In this document: positions 27,179 through 37,569 of the stretch, one piece after another
Layout: each line of letters begins with the position of its first letter
Position numbering within the stretch: the stretch's first letter is position 1
NCBI GenBank assembly: GCA_951406725.2
Contig: OX597837.1
Span: 10,912,001 to 10,976,000, forward strand
From: Octopus vulgaris
Taxonomy: Eukaryota
DNA length: 64,000 nt
Direction: 5' to 3'
Position numbers and translations under genes: made by a program
Notes under the pieces: generated by a model
Told to the model about the DNA's origin: nothing
Seen by the model: only the letters and a program-made list of their open reading frames with translations
The model's database searches: none

Positions 27179-30100
27179 CTTCTTCTTCGTCTTCTTCTTC
27201 TTTCATTCTTCGTCTTCTTCTTCTTTCATTCTTCTTCTTCGTCTTCTTCTTCTTTCATTCTTCGTCTTCTTCTTCTTTCATTCTTCTTCTTCTTCTTTCA
27301 TTCTTCTTCTTCTTCTTTCATTCTTCTTCTTCTTTCATTCTTCTTCTTCTTCTTCTTCTTCTTCTTCTTCAAAAGACATCTTTCTTTTACAGATTTCGTT
27401 TTTAACTCATGTTTATCTAACTGGGAAGTCTGGGCATTAGTTATGAGTTCACTTCTGTCTGTTTGCTACTCTTGTTGTTGTTGTTTATGTGCTGGTCAGC
27501 CGCTTCAGTCAAGCAGAACCCATGGTAAAAGATTTATATCTCAGCTGTGACCATCAAGTCAGAGACAGAATACAATGAGAAGAAAGTTTACTCATCATCA
27601 TCATCGTCATCGTCACTTTAAACGTCAACTTTTCCATGCTTGCATGGGTCATGTGGAGTTTTATTGAGGCAAACCTTTCTATGGCCAGTGGACTCGCGGT
27701 CGAGGGATCGTGGGTTCGAATCTCAGACCGGGCAATGTTTGTGTTTATGAGTGAAACACCGAAGCTCCATGTGGCTCCGGCAGAAGGTAATGGCGAACTT
27801 CTGCTGACTCTTTCGCCACAGCTTTCTCTCATTCTTTCCTCCTGCATCTTGCAGCTCACCTGCGATGGACCGGCGTCCCGTCCAGGTGGGGAACCTATAC
27901 GCCAAGGAAACTGGGAAACTGGCCCTTATGAGCCACGCATGGCTCGAGAAGGAACAAACAATATATATATATATATATATAAAGTAAGATAGGGGTTATG
28001 AAAGTAACCCACTATGGGATATCAGTTATCCAATATTACAGTGACATCTATAGGCAATTTAAGTTGAATTGACTCTTGACCATAGGCTGAAACAGCTGTA
28101 AGGAGCAGTTTATTTGTTTTATTTTTATTGTTATTTTACATATTGATGTATATTGTTTTGTTTGATTTTCATGTTCCCATTTGTATAATTAATAAATAAT
28201 GTGAAATTGTAATATCCGTAAGTTGATAATCGAAATGAATTTGTTTCTCCATTTTCTTATTTGTATTACATATATATATATATTTGTTTTTTTAATATTT
28301 TTCAGGAGTTGATACCCCTACCCTGTCCTTCTAAGTATCAGAACTCTTTCAACAATATTCTCCAGAAATGGCAGCAAGAGAATCTCAAAAGAGATTTGGT
28401 GAAACAGGAACTCGATTCCAGAAAAGGTGAGTCTTGTGTTTTTCTGTCAGAGTTCATTTTATGAAGGAATAGTAACTATTAGCTTGAGTATTGGTATCCA
28501 AACCAAGGTTCCCTGAATTTAGATTTTCCTTTAAGAGTTTGAACACTGTGCGCCATAGACCTTATAATTTGCCGGGTCTGAACCCTATCTCCTGGTCCCC
28601 TCTCATCCAGTTTTGAGATTATCACTTAGCCCTTTGCTTTAAATTTAAGACTATCACCTAGCCCTTCCATAGTCACTTTTAAGAATGTTACTTAGTCCTT
28701 TATCATAATTTTAAGATTGTCCCCTGGACCTTTATCATTATTTTAAGACCATTACCAAACTCTTTGTCATATTTTTGAGACTATTACCTAACTCTGTCAT
28801 AGTTTTAACACTGTCCTCTGGCCCAGGGATTCTGAAACATTTTTTACCCATGGAAACCCTTTTATTACTATTTTATTCTAGTGGACCCTGCCATAGCCAT
28901 TCAATGTTTAAAAACTATTTTATAGAACCTTCTTTCAAAATTTCTATTTTGTTTTTTCCAGAAAGAAACCCAGCTGTTTCTTGTTCAATATATACATCTA
29001 AAACAAAATTTTTTCAGGGGCCCTTAAAATACAATTCTGGATCCCCAATTTACTATTTTGTTGTGTGGACCCCCAAAAATCTTATCTGGACCCTTAGAAG
29101 CCATATGTACCCTGATTGAGAACTATTGCCCTAGCCCTTTGTTATAGATTTAAGACTATCACCTGACCCTTTGTCACCCAGTATTATTACTTTCACCTTA
29201 CACATCATAGTTTTAAGACTATCACTTGGCTCTTTCTCATTCACCTAACCTTTTGTCATAGTTTTAAGATCATCATCTGACCGTTTGTCTTAATTTTAAG
29301 ACTGTTGTCTAGCCTTTGTCCCCTAGTCTTAAGACTCACCTATCATTCATTGTTACCCTGTTGGTTGTAGGTGATATCTTTGTACCTCGGCCCCCGTTGT
29401 TGCGGAAGTTCTCCCCAAACGTCACAAAAGTATGGGATACGAGGAACAAACTGCGCCAAAGAATTGAAGAATTCGTTCAAAGCCAACTTGTGGAATCTGG
29501 AGAGATAAAATCCAAAGAAAAGACAGACAAAGCTGTAAGTTATTTTTTTTTTATTCTTTCTTTATTTTATCTAGTTTCAGCTCATGAGCTGTGGCCATGC
29601 TGGGGTGCCACCATTTTATATATTTTATTTATTTTTGTATTGTCACCATCGTCATCATAATTATTGCCATTATTGTCATCATTATATGTCATCATCAAAG
29701 CAGCGAGCTGGCAGAATCATTAGCACGCCAGGCGAAATGCTCAGCAGTATTTCGGCTGTCTTTAAGTTCTGAGTTCAAATTCCGCTGAGGTCAACTTTGC
29801 CTTTCATCCTTTTGGGGGCCAATTAAATAATTACCAGTTACATACTGGGGTTGATCTAATCGACTGGCTCCCTGCCCCGGAATTTCAGGCCTTGTGCCGA
29901 TAGCAGAAAGGATTATTGTCATCATCATTGTTGTCAGCATCGTCATCACGAATGACATTCATCTCCGATAACCAAGACAAAGCAACACAAACATATACAC
30001 ACGCTTATACGCATAAATAAATGTATGTATATATATGTATACATAGATGCACATATGCATACATGTAGGAGTGGCTGTGTGGTAAGTAGCTTGTTTATGA

Positions 30101-33100
30101 ACCACATGGGTTCAGTCCCACTGCGTGGCACCTTGGGCAAGTGTCTTCTACTATAGCCTCAGGTCAACCAAAGTCTTGTGAGTGGATTTGTTAGACGGAA
30201 ACTGAAAGAAGCCCATCGTATATATATGTATATATATGTGTGTGTGTGTATATGTTTGTGTGTCTGTGTTTGTACCCCCCACCCCCCAACATCACTTGGC
30301 AACTGATGCTGGTGTGTTTACGTCACCGTAACTTAATGGTTCGGCAAAAGAGACCGATAGAATAAGTACTAGATATACAAAGAATAAGTCCTGGGGTCGA
30401 TTTGCTTGACTAAAGATATTTTTTGCAATACATACCAATACATACATCCAAAGTAAAATTGTTTTAAGGGCTCTTAGAATACTATTGTGGATTTCCAATT
30501 GACTATTTTGTTGTGTGGACCCTCAGGGGCCATTTGGACCCCAGTTGAGAATTACTGCTCTAACCCTTTTTTGTTAAAAAATGCTCTTCTTAATCCTGTA
30601 ACCTTTAACCTGTATGTATTCCTTCTTTTTCTTGTAGTATTCCCTTATGCGCTCTAAACTGGATCAACTGAAGCCAAGTACTCGGGTATCCGAGATCCTT
30701 AGGGTGGCCCGTGGCTTTAGTCAGAAGCCAGAGAGAAAAGGTGACAACAGGAACTCAAAGTTTGTACTTGCTGCTGTAGACCAAGAAATCAAAGACTTGT
30801 TGTATGTTCATTGGCTGAAAGAGAATTACGTAAACCGACTCCAACCGTTTGAAGGTGAGTGAGAGATTTCAGACTTTTGTTACCAAATTTCTATCAAGGT
30901 GGACTTTGCCTTTCATCCTTTTGGGGGTTGATAAAATAAGTACCAGTTATGCACTGGGGTCAATGTAATAGACTAGTCCCCTCCGCACAAACTTCAGGCC
31001 TTGTATTTTCTGTAGAAAAGATCATCATCATCATCACCACCACCACCACCACCACCATCATCATCATCACCACCACCATCATCATCATCATTAGGTGGTG
31101 AGCTGGCAGAATCATTAGCACACCATGCTTAGTGGTATTTCGTCTACCACTATGTTTTGAGTTCAAATTCTGGTTGACTTTGCCTTTCCTCCTTTCGGGG
31201 TCGATAAAATAAGTACCAGTTACGCACTGGGGTCAATGAATTGACTTAATCCCTTTCCCCAAATTTGGGGCCTGTGCCTCCAGTGAAAAGGATTATTATT
31301 ATTATTATTTTATTGTCTTTGCACAGCTTCTAACGCTGGAGATGTACTACGGTGTCAGCTGTTCACTACCAGTGAACTATGGTAACACCCCTTATTTTTC
31401 GAGCACCATCCGGAGTATTTGAGCGGTTCCAATCAGTGCTGTTTTCTGCGAGTGCTGATCTCCAGTAGATCTTAAAAACATTGGAGAGTATTGTAGTTCG
31501 CTTGAAGCATTGTGTATTTTTTGTAAAGAATAAAAAGTTTTGAAGGATACGACAATGCATCATCATCATCATCATCATCATCGTTTAGCGTCCGTTTTCC
31601 ATGCTAGCATGTGTTGGACGGTTCAACTGGGGTCTGTGAAGCCAGAAGGCTGCACCAGGCCCAGTCTGATCTGGCAGTGTTTCTACAGCTGGATGCCCTT
31701 CCTAACGCCAACCACTCTGTGAGTGTAGTGGGTGCTTTTTACATGCCAGACGAGGCTGGCAAACGGCCACGATCGGATGGTGCTTTTTACATGCCACCGG
31801 CACGGAGACCAGGCGAGGCTGGCAACTGCCACGATTGGATACAAAAAATGGTCTATATACCTATTTCTTTATTACCCACAAGGGGCTAAACACAGAGGGG
31901 ACAAACAAGGACAGACATAGGTATTAAGTCGATTACATCGACCCCAGTGTGGAACTGGTACTTAATTTATCGACCCCGAAAGGATGAAAGGCAAAGTCAA
32001 CCTCGGCGGAATTTGAACTCACAACGTAACGGCAGACGAAATACCGCTAAGCATTTCGCCCGGCATGCTAACGTTTCTGCCAGCTCGCCGCCTTGGTCTA
32101 TATACCTGTTGTAATTTAACCACCCATAATCAGTTTTCTAAAAACTGATTATAGCAGCGATTCCATCTAAGAATATCTGAAGAAGGAATTTTATTCCAAA
32201 ATATTATCAGACTTTGGATGACTAAATTACAACATTGTCTTTATTATAGTCTTTAGCCTCGCCTGGCACCTGTGCAGGTGGCACGTAAAAAGCACCCACT
32301 ACACTCACGGAGTGGTTGGCATTAGGAAGGGCATCCAGCCGTAGAAACACTGCCAGATCTGACTGGGCCTGATGAAGCCTTCCAGCTTCACAGACCCCAG
32401 TTGAACCGTCCAACCCATGCTAGCATGGAAAACGGACGCTAAATGATGATGATGATGATGATGATAGTGCATTGTTGTACCATTCAAAACTTTTTATTCT
32501 TTAAAATTCTTCTTCTTCTTCTTGCTGTTGCTGTTGTTATTATTATTATTATTTTTTCTTTTCCAGATGAGTTTGTAACACAGACTGTTGATGAAAGGGG
32601 ACAAAGCAGGCTCCAGCTTCTGCACTTGTTTGTCAATGTAAGTGACCCTTATCTTTGCTTCATTTCCTTACCTTCATATTTTTCTGAACAACGGCCTCAT
32701 CAGTTACAGCTTTCAAGACGGGCCAACCGTTTGCGTTGCTGCATTTTAAGACAATGAGATTGACAAGGGACTGATTGTGTAACCTGGGCAGAGCAAATAT
32801 CACAAGGAACCTGGTTTCAGGAAGCACAGATTTATTGGCATATCTTTTTGTATTTTTATCTTTTTGTTTGGATCACTGGAGCAACATGAAATGAAGTGTT
32901 TTGCTCAAGAATACAATGTGTCGCCTGGTCCAGGAATCGAAACCACGATCTTACAATCATGAGTCCAACACCCTAACCACTGAGCCACACACACACACAC
33001 ACACTCGGCAAGCTAATTTTGCTTTCCATCTACCAAATCCTCTCACAAGACTTTGGTCGGCCCAGAGTCTTTTGTGGAGACAATTATCCAAGACGCCATG

Positions 33101-34696
33101 GGGTGGGATTGAACTTGTGATCATTACAGTGGGAAAGCAAACTTCTTAATCACACAGCCCCTACCACCACCACCACCACCACCATGCCAAATAAGAAATC
33201 ATTATTCCTTTTTTTGCATCTGTTCCAGGCTCTTGGCCCCAGGACCAACTTGTACCAAAAAATCAAGACAAAGCGAATCACGGAACCCTTGGAAGACTCA
33301 GTGGAAGAAAGCCAGAGAGAAGACTTCCGACTCATGTTTCTCAGTTCGTTCAACACGGATTTGACTTCGGTGAACTTTTCTCATGAGCCGGACCATACAG
33401 TGAACGCGGGAGACACCATCCCTCCAAACTTGGCCACGCTTAATGCAATGCGGATGCTGCTCCAAGAACAACCAAAACTGAAGAAAACAGCTGAGCAGTA
33501 TGGTGAGTGAGGCACTAATCCTCCTCTGCCTCTGCCTCTCCCTCTGCCTCCTCCTCCCTTCTTCTTCTTCCTCCTCCTCCTCCGCCTCCTCCTCCGCCTC
33601 CTCCCCCTCCTCCCTTCTGCCTCCTCCTCCCAGCTTCCTCCTCCTCCTCCCTTCTGCCTCCTCTGCCTCCTCCTCCTCCCAGCTTCCTCCGCCTCATCCT
33701 CTGCCTCCTCCGCCTCCTCCTCTTCCCCCCCGCATGCACCTTATAGTTTCTGATATGCCAAAGGTCAGGATGGTCACATTTGGAACGCCTTTGGTGATGA
33801 ATGTCCTCAATTAGGGTTCACCTAAATATTATTATTATTATTATTAATATTAAGTGAGAGAGCAGTGCATGCCATCAAAGTGACACTGGGGTACAAATAT
33901 ACAAAGCCCAATATACCCATCATGGCTACCTGTCTGATAAGTGTACACCAGGCACATACATCACAACCATATGTGCGTGACATGGGAATCTCAAATGAAG
34001 ATAAACAACACATGACCTTCCAGGTGGGGCCCAAGTTCACTACCAGTGAACTAAGGTAACACCTCTTATTTTTCAAGCACCATCCTGAGTATTCGAGCAG
34101 TTCCAAGCAGTACTGATTTCTGCAAGTGCTCCACCCTTATTGCAGCCCCTATTTGTTCCACACACTTCTCGAGATTTTTACTCACTGTTCCCAGGGCTCC
34201 AACAATTATTGGTACTACTACCACCTTTTGCATCGACCACAACTGCTTAACCTCCCAAGCTAACCTGTCATCTCTCAACTTTTCTTTCTTCCTTATCACA
34301 CACCTTGTTGTCAGCTGGGTATGCTATATCTATGATCCAGCACAGTTTGCTTTCTTTCTCAATTAACACTCTGCCTGGGTTCCTATTCTCTATCTCATGG
34401 TCACACTGAATCATAAAATCCCACAGGATCTTTGCATTGTCATTTTCGATGATGCCTTTGGGTTTGTGATCGTACCGATTTTTTTGCTCTGTCAAGTCCA
34501 TACTTGTTGCAAAGTGTCCAATGGACAAGCCTTGCTATATTATTGTGGCATCTCTTATATTCCTTCTGGGCTAGTGGCATACATTGGCTGGTAATATGCC
34601 ATATGGTTTCACCATTTTGTCCACAGATTCTGCACTTATCACTTGCTGATGTGTTTTTTTTTATTATTATTATTATCATTATTATTATTATCGTTA

Positions 34697-34730
<34 letters not shown>

Positions 34731-37569
34731 CATATCTGTGCGGGTGGCACGTAAAAAGCACCCACTACACTCACGGAGTGGTTGGCGTTAGGAAGGGCAT
34801 CCAGCCGTAGAAACATTGCCAGATCAGACTGGGCCTGGTGCAGTCTTCTGGCTTCACAGACCCCAGTTGAACCGTCCAACCCATGCTAGCATGGAAAGCG
34901 GACGCTAGATGATGATGATGATTATTATTTTTTCTTTTTTTTCATTTTTTAGATGAGGTTTTGAACAAAGATCCGGACATGGATTCTTTAAGAGAGCGAA
35001 TGAACCTGGTGAAAGTAGACCCCCATTATAGTTTGCTCCAGGAAAGGTTCAACACGTTGTTCATGTGGCCAGGGCTTTTGACAACGCTAAACCCTAAGAA
35101 ACAAGGAGGCCCTGCGAAGAGCACAGAGAAGAAAGAAAACCCTAGGAAAAGGCGTATAAATAAGTAAGTGAACCTTTCCATTCTTCTGCACAGAGACAAA
35201 CCTATTTCTTTACTACCCACAAGGGGCTAAACATAGAAAGGACAAACAAGGACAGACAAACGGATTAAGTCGATTGCATCGACCCCAGTGCGTAACTGGT
35301 ACTTAATTTATTGACCCTGAAAGGATGAAAGGCAAAGTCGACCTCAGTGGAATTTGAACTCAGAACATAACGGCAGACGAAATACCTGTTTCTTTACTAC
35401 CCACAAGGGGCTAAACACAGAGGGGACAAACAAGGACAGACAAACGGATTAAGTCGATTACATCGACCCCAGTGCGTAAATGGTACCTAATTTATCGACC
35501 CCGATAGGATGAAAGGCAAAGTCGACCTCGGTGGAATTTTACCTTGTACCTTAAGAGAACATACACACCTTCTTTCTCTCTTTTTCTCTCACCTTCTCTC
35601 TCATATTCACTTTGTACCTTCAGGGTACACACTTATCATCTCTCTCTCTTCCTCTTTCCCTCTCTCTCCATGTCTCTCTCCTCACTCTCTCTTTCCAGCT
35701 GGGGAAGCCAGGTATCTTCTCATTAGAAAAACACCTGTTCTTGTCTCTCAGACTTGTGCCTCAGAGGGGAAGTTTCTAGGTGCAATCCCATGGACATCCA
35801 TGACCGAAAGGGATTTTTACTCTTTATCCTATTATCCTGATAATCTGATAATCCTTATAATCTCTACTGATTCTGCCTTTCCTCTACTTTCTGTTATTTA
35901 CCATTACTTTTTTCTTTGTTTCCGCCAGGTATCCCCTGATTACTCCTAAACGAAATGCCAAGCCTAAGAAAGTTGTTCCAAAGACGGAGGTATTGACGGA
36001 TCGTGCTGATAACACCACGGGACAATTGAGAGGGATTATTGCCATGCAAAGCGGAGACAACTCTGTGAAAACTGAAATACTAACATCGGAAACCAGTGAG
36101 ACCTTGTCGTCCTCAACGGCAACCGATGGCGCTCCAGGAAACGGTAAGTGAATTGTTAATGATACAAAACTTGAATAATGATACTTGAATGATATGTGTG
36201 ACTCAGAGGCGTATCGTGATATATGGTGGCATATGATATGTGTGACTCAGTGGCACATGGTGGCATATGATATGTGTGACTCAGTGGCACATGGTGGCAT
36301 ATGATATGTGTGACTCAGTGGCATATGGTGGCATATGATATGTGTGACTCAGTGGCATATGGTGGCATATGATATGTGTGACTCAGTGGGACATGGTGAC
36401 ATATGATATGTGTGACTCAGTGGCACATGGTGGCATATGATATGTGTGACTCAGTGGCACATGGTGGCATATGATATGTGTGACTCAGTGGCACATGGTG
36501 GCATATGATATGTGTTACTCAGTGGCACATGGTGGAATATAATATGTGTGACTCAGTGGCACATGGTGGCATATGATATGTGTGACTCAGTGACACATAG
36601 TGGCATATGATATGTGTGACTCAGTGGAACATGGTGGCATATGATATGTGTGACTCAGTGGCACATGGTGGCATATGATATGTGTGACTCAGTGGCATAT
36701 GGTGGCACAAGGCGGCGAGCTGGCAGAAACGTTAGCACGCCGGGTGAAATGCTTAGCCGTATTTCGTCTGCCGTTACGTTCTGAGTTCAAATTCCGCCGA
36801 GGTAGACTTTACCTTTCATCCTTTCGGGGTCGATAAATTAAGTACCAGTTACGCACTGGGGCCGATGTAATCGACTTAATCCATTTGTCTGTCTTTGTTT
36901 GTCCTCTCTGTGTTTAGCCCCTTGTAGGTAGTAAAGAAATAGGCATATGGTGGCATATGACATGTGTGACTCCCTTCAATGTTTCACCCATGCATTGTTG
37001 AGGAGGGGGTTGTAATGCTTGTCTGATTATTGCTTTGTGTTTCTAAAAGCCATCCTGTGTGAATATATATATTTCCAGTGCCACAGAAGAGGAGGGTTGG
37101 TCGTCCTGTGGGCGCGAAGTCGAAACCGAAAGAGAAAGTCCTGGAGCCAGTCAGGTCGTCTCGGCGTCAACGAGGGAATTGTTCCAAATCTCCCGACGAC
37201 AGCAAACCTTGGGAGCTGAACGAAGAGCCGACCGCTAAAAGGAAACGTCGAAGAACAACGAAAGGCGCCGCCGCCAACCGGGACTGCAAAAGCTTGTTTG
37301 CATCTCCAACGGCAGTGCCAACCCCTGGCGTGTCTCAGAATCAGTCATCATCAGCAGTAGCATCATCATTCTCGTCATCAGCAGCCTCGTCGTCATCATC
37401 AACATCATCATCATCATCATCGTCAGCAACAGCACCACCACCACCACCACTGCCAACAGGCGAACAGGAATTGTTATCGAAACTATCTCCGAGTCTTGTG
37501 CAACAGGTCATCAGTCAAGAAGTCCAAGTGCAACCGATTGGCACTTACATGAATGTCACACCTCCGTAA
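2561..37569 (+). CDS. SNAPC4: snRNA-activating protein complex subunit 4 (SNAP190) orthologue; 23 visible coding exons, 5' end outside window
   Basis: Exons 2561-2790, 4681-4908, 5961-6056, 8398-8467, 9614-9695, 11042-11146, 11681-11762, 13281-13445, 15291-15355, 16795-16877, 20493-20596, 21483-21577, 22550-22641, 24424-24542, 26050-26130, 28306-28426, 29371-29534, 30638-30854, 32567-32637, 33229-33502, 34953-35163, 35929-36143, 37079-37569. All have AG/GT boundaries with matching phases (3461 nt in total). The translation has SNAPC4-like motifs PYF...[23 protein letters not shown], Myb repeats (WTKEE, WTEEED, WTQEED, FTYEED) and C-terminal [18 protein letters not shown]. Confidence 0.92.
3459..4190. 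mobile_element. Tc1/mariner-pogo-like MITE with internal tandem duplication of about 220 bp
   Basis: TA|CCGTGAATCCTCAAGTATA ... TATACTCGAAGATTTACGG|TA; about 3705-3923 is repeated at about 3925-4142. Confidence 0.75.
4681..4908 (+). CDS. SNAPC4: SNAPC4 exon
   Basis: NTCTVRD...[30 protein letters not shown]; AG/GT boundaries. Confidence 0.88.
5961..6056 (+). CDS. SNAPC4: SNAPC4 exon
   Basis: KAINEELHK...[12 protein letters not shown]; tttag/gtaagt. Confidence 0.88.
7883..8309. repeat. Fold-back (inverted repeat) element of about 430 bp
   Basis: TGTTTGCCAACATAACATGGCAGTCCTGGTTTA... pairs with ...TAAACCAGGACTGCCATGTTATGTTGGCAAACA along most of its length. Confidence 0.9.
8038..8082 (-). ncRNA. 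Candidate minimal type I hammerhead ribozyme
   Basis: Minus strand UCUGUG-CUGAUGA-A GGG AAAUAA CCC G-GAAA-UCACGA-UA-CACAGA: stem I UCUGUG/CACAGA, intact core, short stem III. Confidence 0.55.
8398..8467 (+). CDS. SNAPC4: SNAPC4 exon
   Basis: [23 protein letters not shown]; ctag/gtgagt. Confidence 0.85.
9614..9695 (+). CDS. SNAPC4: SNAPC4 exon
   Basis: [27 protein letters not shown]; ccag/gtgagt. Confidence 0.88.
9730..9907. repeat. 29-bp minisatellite, about 6 copies
   Basis: Unit TTGTTATTCCATTGGTCTACCATACTATA. Confidence 0.93.
11042..11146 (+). CDS. SNAPC4: SNAPC4 exon (coiled-coil-like)
   Basis: IEIYTDKLL...[14 protein letters not shown]; gcag/gtaagt, phase 2-2. Confidence 0.85.
11681..11762 (+). 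CDS. SNAPC4: SNAPC4 exon (start of Myb half-repeat)
   Basis: [27 protein letters not shown]; ccag/gtgagg. Confidence 0.88.
11845..12259. mobile_element. MITE with 28-bp TIRs (GGATCTTTTCGGTTTGAACGGCAGTTTT)
   Basis: Perfect TIRs; second copy inverted at 14786-15224, partial end at about 22411-22458. Confidence 0.85.
12828..13137 (+). mobile_element. tRNA-derived SINE with a well-preserved tRNA head; relatives near 620, 8786, 27690 and 42285
   Basis: TGGCCTAGTGGTTAGAGCAGCGGACTCGCGGTCGAGGGATTGCGGGTTCGAATC head; (AAC)n tail. Confidence 0.75.
13281..13445 (+). CDS. SNAPC4: SNAPC4 exon (Myb Rh/Ra)
   Basis: [31 protein letters not shown]...WQRIAKELK. Confidence 0.93.
14786..15224. mobile_element. 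MITE, same family, opposite orientation, with internal (CCCTAA)n
   Basis: Reverse complement of 11845-12259; telomere-like repeats at about 15084-15120. Confidence 0.85.
15291..15355 (+). CDS. SNAPC4: SNAPC4 exon (Myb)
   Basis: [21 protein letters not shown]; acag/gtaagt. Confidence 0.9.
16795..16877 (+). CDS. SNAPC4: SNAPC4 exon (Myb)
   Basis: [27 protein letters not shown]. Confidence 0.93.
18299..20200 (-). mobile_element. R4/Dong-type non-LTR retrotransposon (RT, zinc knuckle, RLE endonuclease), 5'-truncated and frameshifted (family A)
   Basis: [68 protein letters not shown]; (ATT)n on both sides. Confidence 0.9.
20493..20596 (+). CDS. SNAPC4: SNAPC4 exon (Myb)
   Basis: [34 protein letters not shown]. 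Confidence 0.93.
21483..21577 (+). CDS. SNAPC4: SNAPC4 exon (Myb)
   Basis: [31 protein letters not shown]. Confidence 0.93.
22550..22641 (+). CDS. SNAPC4: SNAPC4 exon (Myb)
   Basis: [30 protein letters not shown]. Confidence 0.93.
22748..22994. repeat. Fold-back of about 247 bp, related to 7883-8309
   Basis: CTCAATGTGACAGTCCCTTAAGGGAATTACACCAC... and its reverse complement; loop of about 5 nt near 22870. Confidence 0.9.
23268..23615 (-). mobile_element. (GAT)n-tailed RTE 3'-UTR repeat (representative copy)
   Basis: Matches 53638-54010; other copies near 1500, 5080, 9941, 15610, 18035, 31558, 32255 and 34735. Confidence 0.8.
24424..24542 (+). CDS. SNAPC4: SNAPC4 exon (end of Myb domain)
   Basis: [31 protein letters not shown]. 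Confidence 0.92.
25695..25970. repeat. Degenerate minisatellite with a unit of about 20 bp
   Basis: Recurring CTCTGGCTACACAGCCA. Confidence 0.75.
26050..26130 (+). CDS. SNAPC4: SNAPC4 exon
   Basis: [27 protein letters not shown]; ttcag/gtaagt, phase 0-0. Confidence 0.8.
26160..27370. repeat. Imperfect (TTC)n microsatellite of about 1.2 kb
   Basis: Seen directly; explains the poly-F/S/L/K/E ORFs in the track. Confidence 0.97.
28306..28426 (+). CDS. SNAPC4: SNAPC4 exon
   Basis: [12 protein letters not shown]...QELDSRK; ttcag/gtgagt. Confidence 0.82.
28610..29340. repeat. Degenerate tandem repeat (unit about 38 bp) interrupted by an insertion of about 300 bp
   Basis: Recurring TTTTAAGACTATCACCTAGCCCTTTGTCATA; unrelated block at about 28823-29128. 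Confidence 0.65.
29371..29534 (+). CDS. SNAPC4: SNAPC4 exon
   Basis: [12 protein letters not shown]...KEKTDKA; gtag/gtaagt. Confidence 0.82.
30638..30854 (+). CDS. SNAPC4: SNAPC4 exon
   Basis: [10 protein letters not shown]...NRLQPFE; gtag/gtgagt. Confidence 0.82.
31310..31460 (-). mobile_element. R4/Dong family B extreme 3' end
   Basis: Reverse complement of about 45880-46025, next to (ATT)n. Confidence 0.75.
32567..32637 (+). CDS. SNAPC4: SNAPC4 exon
   Basis: [23 protein letters not shown]; ccag/gtaagt. Confidence 0.8.
33229..33502 (+). CDS. SNAPC4: SNAPC4 exon
   Basis: [10 protein letters not shown]...[29 protein letters not shown]. Confidence 0.85.
34035..34660 (-). mobile_element. 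R4/Dong family B fragment
   Basis: [42 protein letters not shown]; frameshifted. Confidence 0.88.
34953..35163 (+). CDS. SNAPC4: SNAPC4 exon (conserved C-terminal motif)
   Basis: [21 protein letters not shown] resembles the vertebrate SNAPC4 C-terminal motif YxLLxxRFxxxFxxPxLLxTL. Confidence 0.88.
35929..36143 (+). CDS. SNAPC4: SNAPC4 exon (low-complexity tail)
   Basis: [14 protein letters not shown]...DGAPGN; phase 2 to phase 1, matching both neighbours. Confidence 0.78.
36190..36707. repeat. 34-bp minisatellite, about 15 copies
   Basis: Unit TGGCATATGATATGTGTGACTCAGTGGCACATGG (starts at 36227, 36261, ...). Confidence 0.95.
36711..36941 (+). mobile_element. tRNA-derived SINE with Nin/Deu-like central domain (representative copy)
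   Basis: GAGTTCAAATTCC B-box; GACTTT(A/G)CCTTTCATCCTTTCGGGGTCGATAAATTAAGTACCAG core; other copies near 5395, 7230, 10135, 20230, 29700, 31093, 31860, 35200 (tandem dimer) and 43533. Confidence 0.8.
37079..37569 (+). CDS. SNAPC4: SNAPC4 last coding exon (basic, then Ser/Pro-rich tail)
   Basis: ttccag acceptor, PQKRRVGRP...NVTPP then TAA. Confidence 0.8.

Noticed and set aside
26023-27550. Long ORFs of up to 465 aa (poly-F/L/S/K/E/R)
   Set aside because: They are translations of the (TTC)n tract; only 26050-26130 is a real exon.
36190-36707. CRISPR-like 34-bp periodicity
   Set aside because: The units are contiguous with no unique spacers, there are no cas genes, and the context is a eukaryotic intron.
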